This document shows, piece after piece, positions 34,446 to 45,682 of a stretch of DNA of 64,000 bases. The stretch's first letter is position 1, and every line of letters begins with the position of its first letter. Source of the DNA: an uncultured Nitrososphaerales archaeon (GTDB lineage: Archaea > Thermoproteota > Nitrososphaeria > Nitrososphaerales > Nitrososphaeraceae); the NCBI GenBank assembly GCA_963709405.1, contig CAVPXM010000030.1, positions 160,001-224,000 of the forward strand. The letters are read 5' to 3'. The notes beneath the pieces were generated by a model. It was not told where the DNA came from. It ran no database searches and saw nothing but the letters and a program-made list of their open reading frames with translations. Made by a program: the position numbers and the translations under genes.

Positions 34446-35333
34446 TTATAATCTATAATAAAACAAGGCATCCAGTGCTAATCCAATGAAAACCACTACT
34501 AAATACGGGGCTGTGACTTTGTAAGCCTTCCAAGCATATTCTGACGTAGGATTTTTAGTTAATTTATAATGGTATATTAACATTAAGGAGCCTGAAAATG
34601 CAGCAACTACCGTATATAATAGACCTAGTCCAAAAAAATAAAGAGCAATGGAGTAGGGTAAAAGAATAAGAGTACTTAAAAAGATGTAAGTAGCTGCCTT
34701 CTGGTTGCCGACTAGAACTGGCAGCATTGGGACATTAACACTAGCATACTCCTCCTTAGCCTTAATAGCCAAACACCAAAAATGAGGGGGTGTCCACATA
34801 AAAACTAGCCAGCCTACCAAAAAACCTAGAAGGTCAATAGAGCCAGTAGCAGTTGCCCACCCCGCCATAGAAGCTGCACTCCCAGCAAATCCACCAATTA
34901 CAATATTTGAGGCATTACTTCGCTTGAGCCACAACGTATATACAATAACATAAAAGAATATTCCAAGTATAATCATTCCAGTTGCTACAGGATTTAGGGT
35001 TATCCATGCAACGCCGACAGCCAGCAGGCACGTGCACAGTCCGTAGGCTAAAACATTTCGTGGAAGCAATCTACCAGCAGGGAGAGGTCTTTGCGATGTT
35101 CTTAGCATCATCTTGTCGATGTCTCTATCGTAATAATGATTAAGAGCACTAGATCCCATCGATGCTAGAGCACCAGCCAACGAAAGAAAACCTATTTGCC
35201 AAAATGAAACATCCCAACCTACTGCGGGTGTATTATCGAATCGGCTACCCGCGAGTAAAGACGCGATTGCAGTGATTAGTAAAACTATTAAGATACGCGG
35301 CTTCGAAACTTCCACATAGTCACTAATACTCAC
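34446..35333 (-). CDS. ctaB: Protoheme IX farnesyltransferase (heme o synthase)
   Basis: NHYYDRDID.MMLRT..RPLPAG, NIVIGGFAG, WTPPHFW. Confidence 0.95.
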   Translation of the reverse strand: MSISDYVEVSKPRILIVLLITAIASLLAGSRFDNTPAVGWDVSFWQIGFLSLAGALASMGSSALNHYYDRDIDKMMLRTSQRPLPAGRLLPRNVLAYGLCTCLLAVGVAWITLNPVATGMIILGIFFYVIVYTLWLKRSNASNIVIGGFAGSAASMAGWATATGSIDLLGFLVGWLVFMWTPPHFWCLAIKAKEEYASVNVPMLPVLVGNQKAATYIFLSTLILLPYSIALYFFGLGLLYTVVAAFSGSLMLIYHYKLTKNPTSEYAWKAYKVTAPYLVVVFIGLALDALFYYRL

Positions 35334-35586
35334 TGTTCAAATACCTTAATTTTGGTCTCGTAAACCTACCATTTAATTTATTCGCTCTAAATACGCAGCA
35401 GAGATTTTCGTTATATATTATTTCGATTTTCTTCGAATCTGAATTAGCAACCTATCCATGTGAAAAATAACTAACATCCATAATTCTCTAGTATCATTAG
35501 CGTTGAATGTATCTTTATTCCATCCTCTTATCCACTTTATTCGGACTAAGTTACGTATCTATCGAGGTGTAATTTTGCTTCGCATA

Positions 35587-35877
35587 TCACTCTCTTATGC
35601 TTTCCAGAGTTGATACTACTTGCCAAAGCATTGTTCTTATATGAGATTCCATTTGTCTGCTTTGCGTTAGACTCTCTAACATACTAATCGCGTTAGCTGC
35701 TCTTACCGAAATACTCCCTCCTTTTTCATCAGTAAGGGTAGAAAGGACTTCCTTCACCAGGTTTCTGGTATTCCTTTGAATATCTCGATTTTTTATAATC
35801 GCTTCTAGTGTGACGATCGTCTTGGAAAGGCGCTCTTCATTGGCCTTCTCCTTCAACTCTTTTTTCTTTGCGCTCAT
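35587..35877 (-). CDS. UPF0147 family protein
   Basis: VRAANAISML...RTMLWQVVSTLESI. Confidence 0.85.
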   Translation of the reverse strand: MSAKKKELKEKANEERLSKTIVTLEAIIKNRDIQRNTRNLVKEVLSTLTDEKGGSISVRAANAISMLESLTQSRQMESHIRTMLWQVVSTLESIRE

Positions 35878-35984
35878 AATACTATTGCTAAACAACATAC
35901 CGTTATTTGTATTCATTCATCCAAATTCTGTCTTTTCTGAGAATAAAGAAATCTCTTTATTGAATTGTGTAGAATGAGAAAGCA

Positions 35985-36611
35985 ATGCTTACGAATGTGA
36001 AAGCTTCCTTAAATGAAATTAGCTTTGATCTTAAAGATATAGAAATCAGGCGTGATGCCCTCATAAAAAACACACGAGATGTACTCAATGATTGCAGCAA
36101 ATCAATAATATCTCTGCATAGGTCTGAAATAGGCAATGCGACGCAACAAATGGAGAGAGCAAAGAATACATTAGATGCTCTAAGACAACAGGCCAGAACC
36201 GACCTTTATAAATATATCATTGTCCCTGAACAAGAGCTGGTCGAGGCTTACATGTTACGAGCTATAACAGAGGAAACACTCTTACCAAGTTTCAAGGAGC
36301 TTAGTGTTTCAGGGTCCTCATATTTAACGGGTGTTCTCGATTGTATAGGAGAACTCAAGCGAATGGTGTATGATAGACTGAGAGTAGGAAAACCAAACGA
36401 AGCCACAAAACTATTTTTAATAATGGAAGAACTTTATAGCCTAGCTTATCCGTTTGCCGTGTATGATAATATTGTGCCAGGATTGCGGAGAAAGTTGGAT
36501 GTTGCTAAGGTTTTGATTGAAGATATTAGAGCTATTATAACAGAAGAAACGCGACGACAAGTAATTATGACGGCTATGGATAATCTGAAAGATAAGCTTG
36601 AGAAAATATAG
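35985..36611 (+). CDS. Translin/TRAX-family RNA-binding protein
   Basis: QELVEA, YLTGVLDCIGELKR, GLRRKLDVA. Confidence 0.9.
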   Translation: MLTNVKASLNEISFDLKDIEIRRDALIKNTRDVLNDCSKSIISLHRSEIGNATQQMERAKNTLDALRQQARTDLYKYIIVPEQELVEAYMLRAITEETLLPSFKELSVSGSSYLTGVLDCIGELKRMVYDRLRVGKPNEATKLFLIMEELYSLAYPFAVYDNIVPGLRRKLDVAKVLIEDIRAIITEETRRQVIMTAMDNLKDKLEKI

Positions 36612-36682
36612 CTCCGGAGAGGAATCTACAAGACAGGAAAAAGCATTGATTCTCAAAAAAAAACTATCATCATGAGGTACTC

Positions 36683-38143
36683 TTAATTTCGAAATTTTGC
36701 AAATGCTTCTTTCAGAATATGTTCTAAAGTCAAATGCCACTGGGGAAATCCTCCAGGATCTTCAGGGTAATTGTGGTAATGCTTAACCAATTTCTCATTC
36801 ATCTTGGAAGTATGGCTTAGATTTTCAGCCAAAGTCCTGTTAACTACGCCTTTGATGAACATTGATAACTTGTCAACAGCACTGAACTCAGGATGTTCGC
36901 CATCAGTAATTTTTTCAACATCCATCTTAGAGAGAAAATGCTTCATACCATAATTAATTTGATCATTAGAAAGACCTTGTAGCATTCGACGGAACACTTC
37001 CAAACCTGCTGTCTTGTATCCGTACTCATTCATAAAATCCTTATTATATTTCCACAGACCTCTTTCAGTGACATCCTCTTGTTGGATAGCTTCAACTGCA
37101 TCTTTTCCCACAATGGTGCTTGCTATTATTGCAGGCCCAATTCCGCCAGCATCGATAGGCTTAGGCATCCATGCAGCATCCCCAACAAGCATGTATCCAT
37201 TTGCGACTAGACAATCATTCTGCCTACGAACTGAAACCTGCCAGGTCCCCCATGAATTTCCTTCATCTGCTTTTTCGTTAGTCATTTTCAAGTCCTTTAA
37301 AACCGGATTAGATAGAACATATTCATCAATCAAAGACTTGAGATCTTTGTTCGTACCGTTTCTTTTATTCATGGACTCTAATGCTTTTTGCTGAACGCCC
37401 AGCCCGATGTTCGCCTTATTTTCTCCCTTGGGGAATACCCACGCATAACCACCTGGAGCGATCTCTTGATCTAAATGGATAATACAGTAATTCGGATCAA
37501 AATAAGTCCTATCATGTTTGGCGATATCGAAAGTATAGATATATCGCCCCGTGGCTTCTAAATCATTTCGATTAATTCTTTTTTCGATATAAGACTGGAT
37601 GGGCAAATTTGCTCTGAGAACCGATGTTACTCCAGTGCAATCGATAACCAATTTTGCTGTTCGTTTGAATACGGTTTTACTGTCGAGCTCCTCGCCCAGA
37701 ATACCAACGACCATATTGTCCTCAAAAATCAAGGATCTCAATGCTACCTTATCTTTAATTTCTATTCCTAGGTCAACTGCATCATTCAGTTGCTTTTGTG
37801 GCAGAACTTTTCTATTTAAGAGATATCCTTCGCCATCAAATGAGACACCAGTTTCATGGTCAGGAGAATACGCAACCACCCCTTTTACGTTGTGTTCTAT
37901 TTCAGGGCTCTCCCATCTGATTCCGATTCTATTTGACATGTAATCGACTGCTTTCTTACCTACGGCGTCACCACAGATCCAACCTGTGATCGTTTTCCTC
38001 CCCAAGCTTAACAGTGGATTTCGATCTATCACAAGAACTCTAAGAGACTGATTTGAGTAGAAGGCAACTGAGCATGCAGTAATCATACCAGCTAGGCCGC
38101 CCCCTGCTATTATAACATCATAATCTCTTTTACCAACGGACAT
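36683..38143 (-). CDS. Digeranylgeranylglycerophospholipid reductase-like protein
   Basis: IAGGGLAG, ICGDA, PGGYAWVFPK, VGDAAWMPKPIDAGGI. Confidence 0.88.
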   Translation of the reverse strand: MSVGKRDYDVIIAGGGLAGMITACSVAFYSNQSLRVLVIDRNPLLSLGRKTITGWICGDAVGKKAVDYMSNRIGIRWESPEIEHNVKGVVAYSPDHETGVSFDGEGYLLNRKVLPQKQLNDAVDLGIEIKDKVALRSLIFEDNMVVGILGEELDSKTVFKRTAKLVIDCTGVTSVLRANLPIQSYIEKRINRNDLEATGRYIYTFDIAKHDRTYFDPNYCIIHLDQEIAPGGYAWVFPKGENKANIGLGVQQKALESMNKRNGTNKDLKSLIDEYVLSNPVLKDLKMTNEKADEGNSWGTWQVSVRRQNDCLVANGYMLVGDAAWMPKPIDAGGIGPAIIASTIVGKDAVEAIQQEDVTERGLWKYNKDFMNEYGYKTAGLEVFRRMLQGLSNDQINYGMKHFLSKMDVEKITDGEHPEFSAVDKLSMFIKGVVNRTLAENLSHTSKMNEKLVKHYHNYPEDPGGFPQWHLTLEHILKEAFAKFRN

Positions 38144-38256
38144 ATCAATAAAGCGAGGTTTGTTATTTTTTATCTCTATTTAAAGTTAAGTCGTCCAATC
38201 CATGAATTTGCTAGACATGATTTACACTAGATAACTAATCCCAGCCAAATTTAACT

Positions 38257-40021
38257 CTATTTCACAGTCACGGATTTTGCCAAATTGCGAGGGTAATCTG
38301 GATCGGCATTGCTCACAAGTGCAAGGTGATAAGCCAGAAGCTGGAAGGGAATTACTTCTATGAGTGGATAGAGAATCTCATCTACCTTTGGGATTCTTAT
38401 GAGGTAATCAAACATACTATTCCTCACATCCGAGATCCCAATTATCGTAGCGCCCCTCGCTTTGATCTCATGTGCATTTGAGACAATATCATTATAGGTG
38501 GAATCAGACGGATTAATCACGATTACCAATGTATTTTTATCCACCACTGCTAATGGTCCATGTTTTAGTTCACCAGTCTGCTATTCCCTCAGCATGAACA
38601 TATGTTAACTCTTTAATTTTTAACGCTCCTTCAAGCGCTATAGGATAATGCAGTGATCTCCCCATGATGTATATGTCTTTGAAGTTTTTGATGTTGTTAG
38701 ATATTTTTTCTATTTCAGATTCTAGCGAAAGAGTTACCTGGGTAGGCTTTGCCAGATCACCTAAACTATTTGAAAGTTGGACGTCCTTACAGATATTGTT
38801 GGTAATTCTATATAACAAGGAGAGCTGCGACGTAAAACTTTTTGTAGCTGCCACACCAATCTCTGGGCCGCAACCAATCTCCAAGAAAGAATCACTTATT
38901 CTAGCTAACGATGAAGTAGTTATATTGACTAGCGAGAGAATCGTCGCGCCTTTTTGTTTAGCCGATTTCACTGCCTGTAGCACATCAGCAGTCTCTCCGC
39001 TTTGCGAAATTGCGATTACTACAGAGTTGTCATCAATGAGATCCTGCACGTACTGAAATTCGCTTGACATCACACACTCGGCCCTAATTTTGGGATATTT
39101 TGCAAAGAGATATTTTCCAATCAAAGCCGCGTGATAGCTGCTTCCACTTCCGGTAATGTATACACTTTCAGCAGTCGATAAAAAGTTACAAAATTGGTTC
39201 AACTTTTCTTCATCCTTATTGCTGGCCGCAAACATGCTTTTACTTTGCTCATGTATTTCCTTTATAGTATAGTGTGCGTATCTCCCCTTATCAGCAGCAC
39301 CCAGCTCCCACGCAACTACAGTGGGGTGACGATTGACAGGATTTCCATCGAAATCAAATAATTGGACACCAGATTTATCTACAATTACGATATCTCTGTT
39401 ATCAAGAAAAATTGCTTTATCTGTGTATTTTAGGAATCCTAAAACATCGCTCGAAATAAAGCAACCGTTTTTGTCAAGCCCTACAATTAGAGGTTCGTCG
39501 AATCGCGCACCGCCTAAAGTGCCATTTTCATATACTGAAATAAAGGCAAAGGCCCCCTTTAGTCGTTTACAGGTTTTTATCATGGCGGATTTAATATCTT
39601 TATCCGATGAATGATGCTCTTCAAGTAAATGAGCAATGACTTCGCTATCGGTATCACTTTTAAATAAATGTCCTCTGCTCCTCAATTCTATCCTCAATTC
39701 CTCGTAATTTTCTATGATACCATTATGAACTATTGCTATACTTCCACTACAGTCTGTGTGAGGATGAGCGTTTACATCATTGACACGACCATGCGTGGCC
39801 CACCGTGTGTGCCCGATGCCTGTCTTGCCGGGCATTCCATTTAAGTCTAAGTTCTTACTGACTTCAGACACTTTTCCTACGCCCTTGCGTACAATCATGG
39901 TACCATCATCAATAGTACTAATGCCTACGCTATCATAACCTCTATACTCCATTCTCTTGAGACTATCAATTAGAACAGGAGCCGCATAAAGGTCACCCTT
40001 ATATCCGATAATCGAACACAT
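38257..40021 (-). CDS. glmS: Glutamine--fructose-6-phosphate aminotransferase (frameshift near 38575)
   Basis: N-terminal Cys, EYRGYDS, GHTRWATHG, SQSGETAD, GELKHG in the shifted frame, PRNLAKSVTV. Confidence 0.96.
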
Positions 40022-40183
40022 AATAAATAAAGAAATACAAGTCCTTTTAAAAATTATGAAACTATATACGTACCGTTATAATTTTATTTATCCTGGTTTG
40101 CACACCACATTTTGAGAACCAGTTACCTATAATGACTCGACTTTAATTGGATGGTACCACTATATATCATTATATAACACATT

Positions 40184-41155
40184 TTGAAAAAAATATTGTT
40201 GAAGAAAAAAACCCTAGTATACGATATCGAAAAAGGGTTCATGGCAAAAGAAATAATCATTTTTGACAGCGTGGACCAATTGAGAATCCTCTCTAATCCG
40301 ACCGCTTGGAAAATAATGCAGCTTTTATCAACTAGACCAATGTACACTGCACAAGTTGCTAAAGAACTAAAAATATACGAACAGAGTGCATATTATTACA
40401 CACGCAAGTTGAATTCCATCGGCGCTTTACACGAAGTTGGAACAGTGCTTGTTCGGGGCGGAACTGCCAGGTTATTCCGATCATCATGTCCTTCGTTCGG
40501 AATAGAAATGGACTGGGGTGAAAAAAAATCAGATATCTCTATTGACCGTGAAAATAAGAGACAATATATCAAGGATTTTTTCAGCGATTTCATCACGAAC
40601 GATTCCTTTAATGGTCTTATTGTTGTGGGGGCACCAGACCCTCATGGTCCATACAGATCATCTGCAAGGGATGGTCACTACGCTGTTCAGTTGGCGTTTT
40701 TCTTGGGAACATTTACTAATATTCCATCGGAATTTGTGGTCAAACTTGATGCCGATGCAAAAGCAGAGAAAGTTTTGGACGGTCGAAACATAATTTCCAT
40801 AGGCGGGCCTGGAACAAATATCGTTACTGCAGAATTTAACAAATATTTGCCCATAAAATTTAATGAATCAAATTTCTGGGCGGGTTTGGTAAAAGACTCG
40901 CATGAAATATATAACTTGGATAGTCAAGGGCTAATCGCAAAAATAAGAAATCCTTACAGCAACCGCGGCAGCATAATTGTAGTAGCAGGAGTTAGATCAA
41001 TTGGTACTAAATCTGCAGTTATAGCACTTACAAACTTTAGTGAGAAAATTCTAAAGAGTTATCAAAATAAGAAGGAATGGGCAATTGTTGTTCAAGGATT
41101 CGATATGAATTCAGACGGGAAAATAGATCATGTTGATGTGATCTCGGAATATTAA
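40184..41155 (+). CDS. ArsR-like HTH regulator fused to an S-layer-C-like domain
   Basis: N-terminal wHTH (LSNPTAWKIMQLL..PMY); NIISIGGPGTN and IVVAG motifs; start may be Met at 40241. Confidence 0.75.
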   Translation: MKKILLKKKTLVYDIEKGFMAKEIIIFDSVDQLRILSNPTAWKIMQLLSTRPMYTAQVAKELKIYEQSAYYYTRKLNSIGALHEVGTVLVRGGTARLFRSSCPSFGIEMDWGEKKSDISIDRENKRQYIKDFFSDFITNDSFNGLIVVGAPDPHGPYRSSARDGHYAVQLAFFLGTFTNIPSEFVVKLDADAKAEKVLDGRNIISIGGPGTNIVTAEFNKYLPIKFNESNFWAGLVKDSHEIYNLDSQGLIAKIRNPYSNRGSIIVVAGVRSIGTKSAVIALTNFSEKILKSYQNKKEWAIVVQGFDMNSDGKIDHVDVISEY

Positions 41156-41179
41156 ATAAGCATATGCAGTTAAGGGAAT

Positions 41180-41686
41180 CTATCCTTGAGGAGTTCCCGA
41201 GGAGCTTTTGTGCACATCTAAATGAACCAAAATCTGTTGTTCCTCATGCTTTTTCACCAAATAACCAGGCAGATTGATGAATCGATTACCAATCGAAACA
41301 TGATTATGCACGACCAATTGTCTTGATTGATATGGTGATTTCGTCCCTGTCTTTCTCATTATTATATTCTGCAATCTCCTCTCAAGCAAATCTTCGATCT
41401 TGAGATTTAAGATATCATCGAGAGTTGCGCCTTCCTTCACAAGGCCCAAACGGTTTAAATAGTTTAGTAGTTGAGTCTCTTTTTCGTGGCGCACTTCAGT
41501 CGCAAGAGATAGCAATGCACGAGCTTGGTTTCTAAATCTAGCTACTTCAGTCTGAGCTTTCCATAGTTCTCTCTTGTTTCTGAGCCCATATGTTCCTACC
41601 AGATAAAGTTCAGCACTCAGCTGATCTGTGGTCCACATTCTCCTTGGTCTACTATATGTCTTCTTTGGTTTACGAGGATCACCCAT
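41180..41686 (-). CDS. rps4: 30S ribosomal protein S4
   Basis: MGDP, YGLRNKRELW, LLERRLQ. Confidence 0.96.
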   Translation of the reverse strand: MGDPRKPKKTYSRPRRMWTTDQLSAELYLVGTYGLRNKRELWKAQTEVARFRNQARALLSLATEVRHEKETQLLNYLNRLGLVKEGATLDDILNLKIEDLLERRLQNIIMRKTGTKSPYQSRQLVVHNHVSIGNRFINLPGYLVKKHEEQQILVHLDVHKSSSGTPQG

Positions 41687-41702
41687 AGCTACTCAACATA
41701 TC

Positions 41703-42269
41703 CTACTTGTTGGCTCCACTCGAGGCCGTTTCGGTTCCTGATTTGACGGGCGTTGAACTAGCTGGCGTGGGTGCTGCAGTGCTCACAGGCGCAGCTGGAG
41801 CTGCAGCTGCAGCGCCTGGTTTGGATATTTTCTTCACTCCGACCGCGCCGCCTTTTCTTCCTGATGTCCTCGTATGCTGCCCTCTCACTTTTAATCCGAA
41901 CATGTGTCGGTAACCACGCCAGCTCATCACTGATTTTTCACGTTCTATGTCATTCGAAATCATGAAATCTAGATCAGAAGTAATCAGGTGTTTGTCTGTG
42001 CCAGTATCCATATCTTTTCTTCTATTGAAATACCATGAGGGGATTCCTACTCTTGATGGGTCCTTAATCGTTAATTCAATTTCTTTCAGTTCACTCTCTG
42101 TCAAGAATCCTACTCTTATATAGGGATTTATATTAAGAGATTGAAGCAAAACCTGGGCAATATTATAGCCTATACCACGTATCAAGCTTAATGCAACAAT
42201 AATTTTCTTACTCCCATCAATATCTTTACCAGATATTCTTAGGATATGACGGTACTCCGAAGCAGACAA
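41703..42269 (-). CDS. rps13: 30S ribosomal protein S13
   Basis: RGYRHMFGLKVRGQHTRTSGR. Confidence 0.96.
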   Translation of the reverse strand: MSASEYRHILRISGKDIDGSKKIIVALSLIRGIGYNIAQVLLQSLNINPYIRVGFLTESELKEIELTIKDPSRVGIPSWYFNRRKDMDTGTDKHLITSDLDFMISNDIEREKSVMSWRGYRHMFGLKVRGQHTRTSGRKGGAVGVKKISKPGAAAAAPAAPVSTAAPTPASSTPVKSGTETASSGANK

Positions 42270-42573
42270 ATCAGAATCACGAGGAAGAATCCGAAATAAA
42301 AACCATGCTAACGTAAGAATTTTGCATAGATTGTTGGGTTATTAATTCGTTAACAAGTCAAAGGTATTTTACATATATTGATAGAAAAAATGAGGCAAAA
42401 AAAGTATCACAAACACAATTGGAGATTGGTAAAAGCAAATATTATCCTAGTTTAGTTTTAAGTAAGTACGCACAGAAATCTTAACGTTCAAAAAATTTTT
42501 AACGAAATTAAATAAGTAAATAAGATATCTGCGTTTGAGAAGTTTAGGCAGAAATTATTAGGGATTTAAATAT

Positions 42574-44250
42574 ATGAATACTTCAAAACATCACATCTAT
42601 CTTATGAACTCGATAAAAGACCTTGTACATATTTCTTATTCTTCTGCTCCAAATTATCATGAATTAACGCCTGGTGTCCCTACTGACTTTAAGCAAATTA
42701 GGACTCTTGGTGATTTGTTAAGGATAAATTATAAGTCCACTACAATTGAACAACAGATTCGGGGTAATCTTATTATTAAAATCCAGAGTGGCCAAAATCC
42801 ATATCCTGGAATTATCGGATATGATGGTGATGTTGTCCCAGCATTGAATAGAGCAATTTTGTCAGGACATGACCTTCTTCTAGTAGGGCAGATCGGTCAG
42901 GCTAAAACAAAGATTGCAGAATCTATTGCAAAGAACCTCCTATCGCCAATTCCAGTAGTCAGAGGAACTCTTACTAACGATATACCGGTTACAATTCCAG
43001 AAGAAGAATTAATTGCGATGCTAAATGATGTCGATATAAACAGGATATCGCCCGTATTTTCTGTTTCAGCGGAGTGTGAAACTACAATTAGAGATCATAA
43101 ATTGGACACAAAGATTGATTGGATTGATGGTCCAAGTCGGTATCGGTACATTCTTGCTACTCCTGATATTTCTGTAAAGGATTTGGTGGGACAGATTGAT
43201 GCAATTAAAATCGCAAGGAAAGGCATAGAAATATACAATATCGAATCTTATTCTGCAGGCCAATTGTTACAGGCCAGACATGGAATTATTTGTATAGATG
43301 AACTTCCAGTCCTAGATCCTAGAAAGCAAGTGGCTTTACTCAGCATCCTGCAAGAAGGAAAGTTTACCACAGGATCTTATCCGATTATATTCAGACCTGA
43401 TGTTAAGGTCGTAGCTACAGCTAATCCTATAGATTACACACATTCTGGTAAAATTATTGAACCATTGTTTGATAGGCTCAAAAGTCACATAAATACCCAC
43501 TATCCAAAGCATATTATCGATGAAATGTTAATAATGTCACAAGAGGTAAAAATTGCTGACGAGGACAATGTTTTCTTGCCTGTCCATATATTAAAGGCTA
43601 TGGCCAAGATAACGCAGATTACTAGAGCACATCCCGACATTAACCATGATAGGGGTGTTAGCGTCAGAATGGGAGTTCATTCTTTGGAACTGTTGATTGG
43701 CGAGACTGAACGAACGAGGTCAATAAAATATAAAGTTAGGGTTATCCCAAGATTTTGTGATTTCCACAGCATACATCAGTCATCGAAATTTGAACTTTCG
43801 GAAGTTGAGGATAGCTATGAAAATCGAATGAATATATTAAACCTCATTATAGCAGATGCCATTAAACAAGTCTCTGCTGAATATATTCAGAAAATCCCTA
43901 TTGAAGAGTTATCAAAAATTAAAAATGAGTTTACCAAAAATAAGACCTTTGAGGTGTCACAGAGCATCATAGGTCAAAAGAAAACTGATTCTATTGATTA
44001 CGAATCTCAATTGGCTAGGTTCCCTGTATTGAAAAAAATTGTAAATGAAATGCTTGTGATAATTAAAGGAGAACAAGAAGAGTTCGTAAAAGCTGCCAAG
44101 ATACGTGAAATCAGTGTTGACAATCTAATCCTCTCTCGGAACATGAACGGTGAACTTACAGCCTCAGTCATTGAGGTAGTTTTAGAAGGCCTCAGGTGGA
44201 CTCAACCACCAATCTTGGAGAAAAAAGATAATTCATATGCATCAGCATGA
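42574..44250 (+). CDS. Mg-chelatase ChlI-like AAA+ ATPase
   Basis: GQIGQAKT Walker A variant, ICIDELP Walker B, ATANPIDYT.SGKIIEPLFDR, GVSVR. Confidence 0.85.
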   Translation: MNTSKHHIYLMNSIKDLVHISYSSAPNYHELTPGVPTDFKQIRTLGDLLRINYKSTTIEQQIRGNLIIKIQSGQNPYPGIIGYDGDVVPALNRAILSGHDLLLVGQIGQAKTKIAESIAKNLLSPIPVVRGTLTNDIPVTIPEEELIAMLNDVDINRISPVFSVSAECETTIRDHKLDTKIDWIDGPSRYRYILATPDISVKDLVGQIDAIKIARKGIEIYNIESYSAGQLLQARHGIICIDELPVLDPRKQVALLSILQEGKFTTGSYPIIFRPDVKVVATANPIDYTHSGKIIEPLFDRLKSHINTHYPKHIIDEMLIMSQEVKIADEDNVFLPVHILKAMAKITQITRAHPDINHDRGVSVRMGVHSLELLIGETERTRSIKYKVRVIPRFCDFHSIHQSSKFELSEVEDSYENRMNILNLIIADAIKQVSAEYIQKIPIEELSKIKNEFTKNKTFEVSQSIIGQKKTDSIDYESQLARFPVLKKIVNEMLVIIKGEQEEFVKAAKIREISVDNLILSRNMNGELTASVIEVVLEGLRWTQPPILEKKDNSYASA

Positions 44251-45631
44251 TACCACGGCAGATACAAAAAATTTTATCTATTTTGGAAAAAAACATGAGC
44301 AGAGTGAAAAGAACACTCCAGTTGATTTAGAAGAAGCAGATCAAAATTTAAGCAGATTTAAGGACAAGTTACTTGAAGTTATTGGTAGAGAGGTCCTAAA
44401 AGAACAAACCCCAACTCTTCAAGAATTAGAATACACGTTGCAGGAGGCACTATCGCAAATTTCACCCTCTTACAAGCATAATGAAGAGAAGAATCAAGAT
44501 GACACCAAAGTGGACCAAAATTATTCTAGTACCGGCACGTCAGCATCGATAATTGCACAGTTGATCCAGAGTGGATACATAAAAAATGATGATGCAAAAT
44601 GGCTTACTTCGAAAGCCTTTGTAACTATTGGAGAAAAGATCTTAAGGGATTTTATGCGATCGTTGAAGAAGGACGGTTTTGGTCTCCATGAATCTAACCA
44701 TCTGGGACATGGCTCGGTTATTTTGGATACAACTAAGAGATACGAAGTTGGTGATGATATCAAATTAGTGAACGTCCCTGCATCCCTGCTAAATACTGTT
44801 CAAAGGATTGCTAAGTATCGAGAGTCAGTTATGCTTCCACTTCAGATTACTATAGATGATTTTGAAGAATTCGAAACGAGACAAGATCTCAGAGTTGCAG
44901 TTGTATATTGTATAGATTTGAGTTCAACAATGAGATATTCGACTATGTATGGGAATATGAGTAGGATAGAAGCTGCGAAGCGAGCACTCTGGGGCATAGT
45001 TACATTGAATAGAAAATTCTTTCCCTCCGACTCGATATATGTCGTAGGTTTTGGCGCACTAGCCTCGAAAATCTATATAAACGATATTCCATATTTGAAA
45101 ACTTTCGAACCCGGTGCTAATCTACTACATTATACGAACTACCAGGCGGCGTTCCGACTTGCAACTAAGATATTGCAAAAAGATACTGCTATGAATAAAA
45201 GAATCGTTCTGATAACTGATGGACATCCTAGTGCCTGCTTTATAGACGATGACTCAGAGCAGAACAAGATATTATCCCAGAGGCCGTATTCCTATTTTTA
45301 TTCGCCAGACAAGGGTGTCATTGATTCGGTGAAAGCCCATCTCTATATGGACCTTGACGTAAAATCGGGTAATCTTGTTTATCTATGCTATCGATATAAG
45401 CAGGTGGACCAGTACATAGGTGAAAAAACAATATCAGAAGCGAAAAGGAGTCATAGGTTAGGTATTGAAATCGATACTGTAATGATCAGTGAAGAAGACT
45501 CCCTATTAGGATATGTTAACGATATGGAAAGGTCGGTTAAAGGAAGATCTTATTATATCAATCCTGCAACAATAGATAAGGTTTTACTAAATGACTACTT
45601 GTATAACAAAAGATTGATAATGACCAAATAG
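44237..45631 (+). CDS. vWA domain protein (partner of the ChlI-like ATPase)
   Basis: MIDAS DLSSTM, TNYQAA, LITDGHP; overlaps the upstream gene. Confidence 0.85.
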   Translation: MHQHDTTADTKNFIYFGKKHEQSEKNTPVDLEEADQNLSRFKDKLLEVIGREVLKEQTPTLQELEYTLQEALSQISPSYKHNEEKNQDDTKVDQNYSSTGTSASIIAQLIQSGYIKNDDAKWLTSKAFVTIGEKILRDFMRSLKKDGFGLHESNHLGHGSVILDTTKRYEVGDDIKLVNVPASLLNTVQRIAKYRESVMLPLQITIDDFEEFETRQDLRVAVVYCIDLSSTMRYSTMYGNMSRIEAAKRALWGIVTLNRKFFPSDSIYVVGFGALASKIYINDIPYLKTFEPGANLLHYTNYQAAFRLATKILQKDTAMNKRIVLITDGHPSACFIDDDSEQNKILSQRPYSYFYSPDKGVIDSVKAHLYMDLDVKSGNLVYLCYRYKQVDQYIGEKTISEAKRSHRLGIEIDTVMISEEDSLLGYVNDMERSVKGRSYYINPATIDKVLLNDYLYNKRLIMTK

Positions 45632-45682
45632 AGTTTTGTATGCATCAGCTAAATCCGATCCATTAGTTTTTATGTAAATTAT

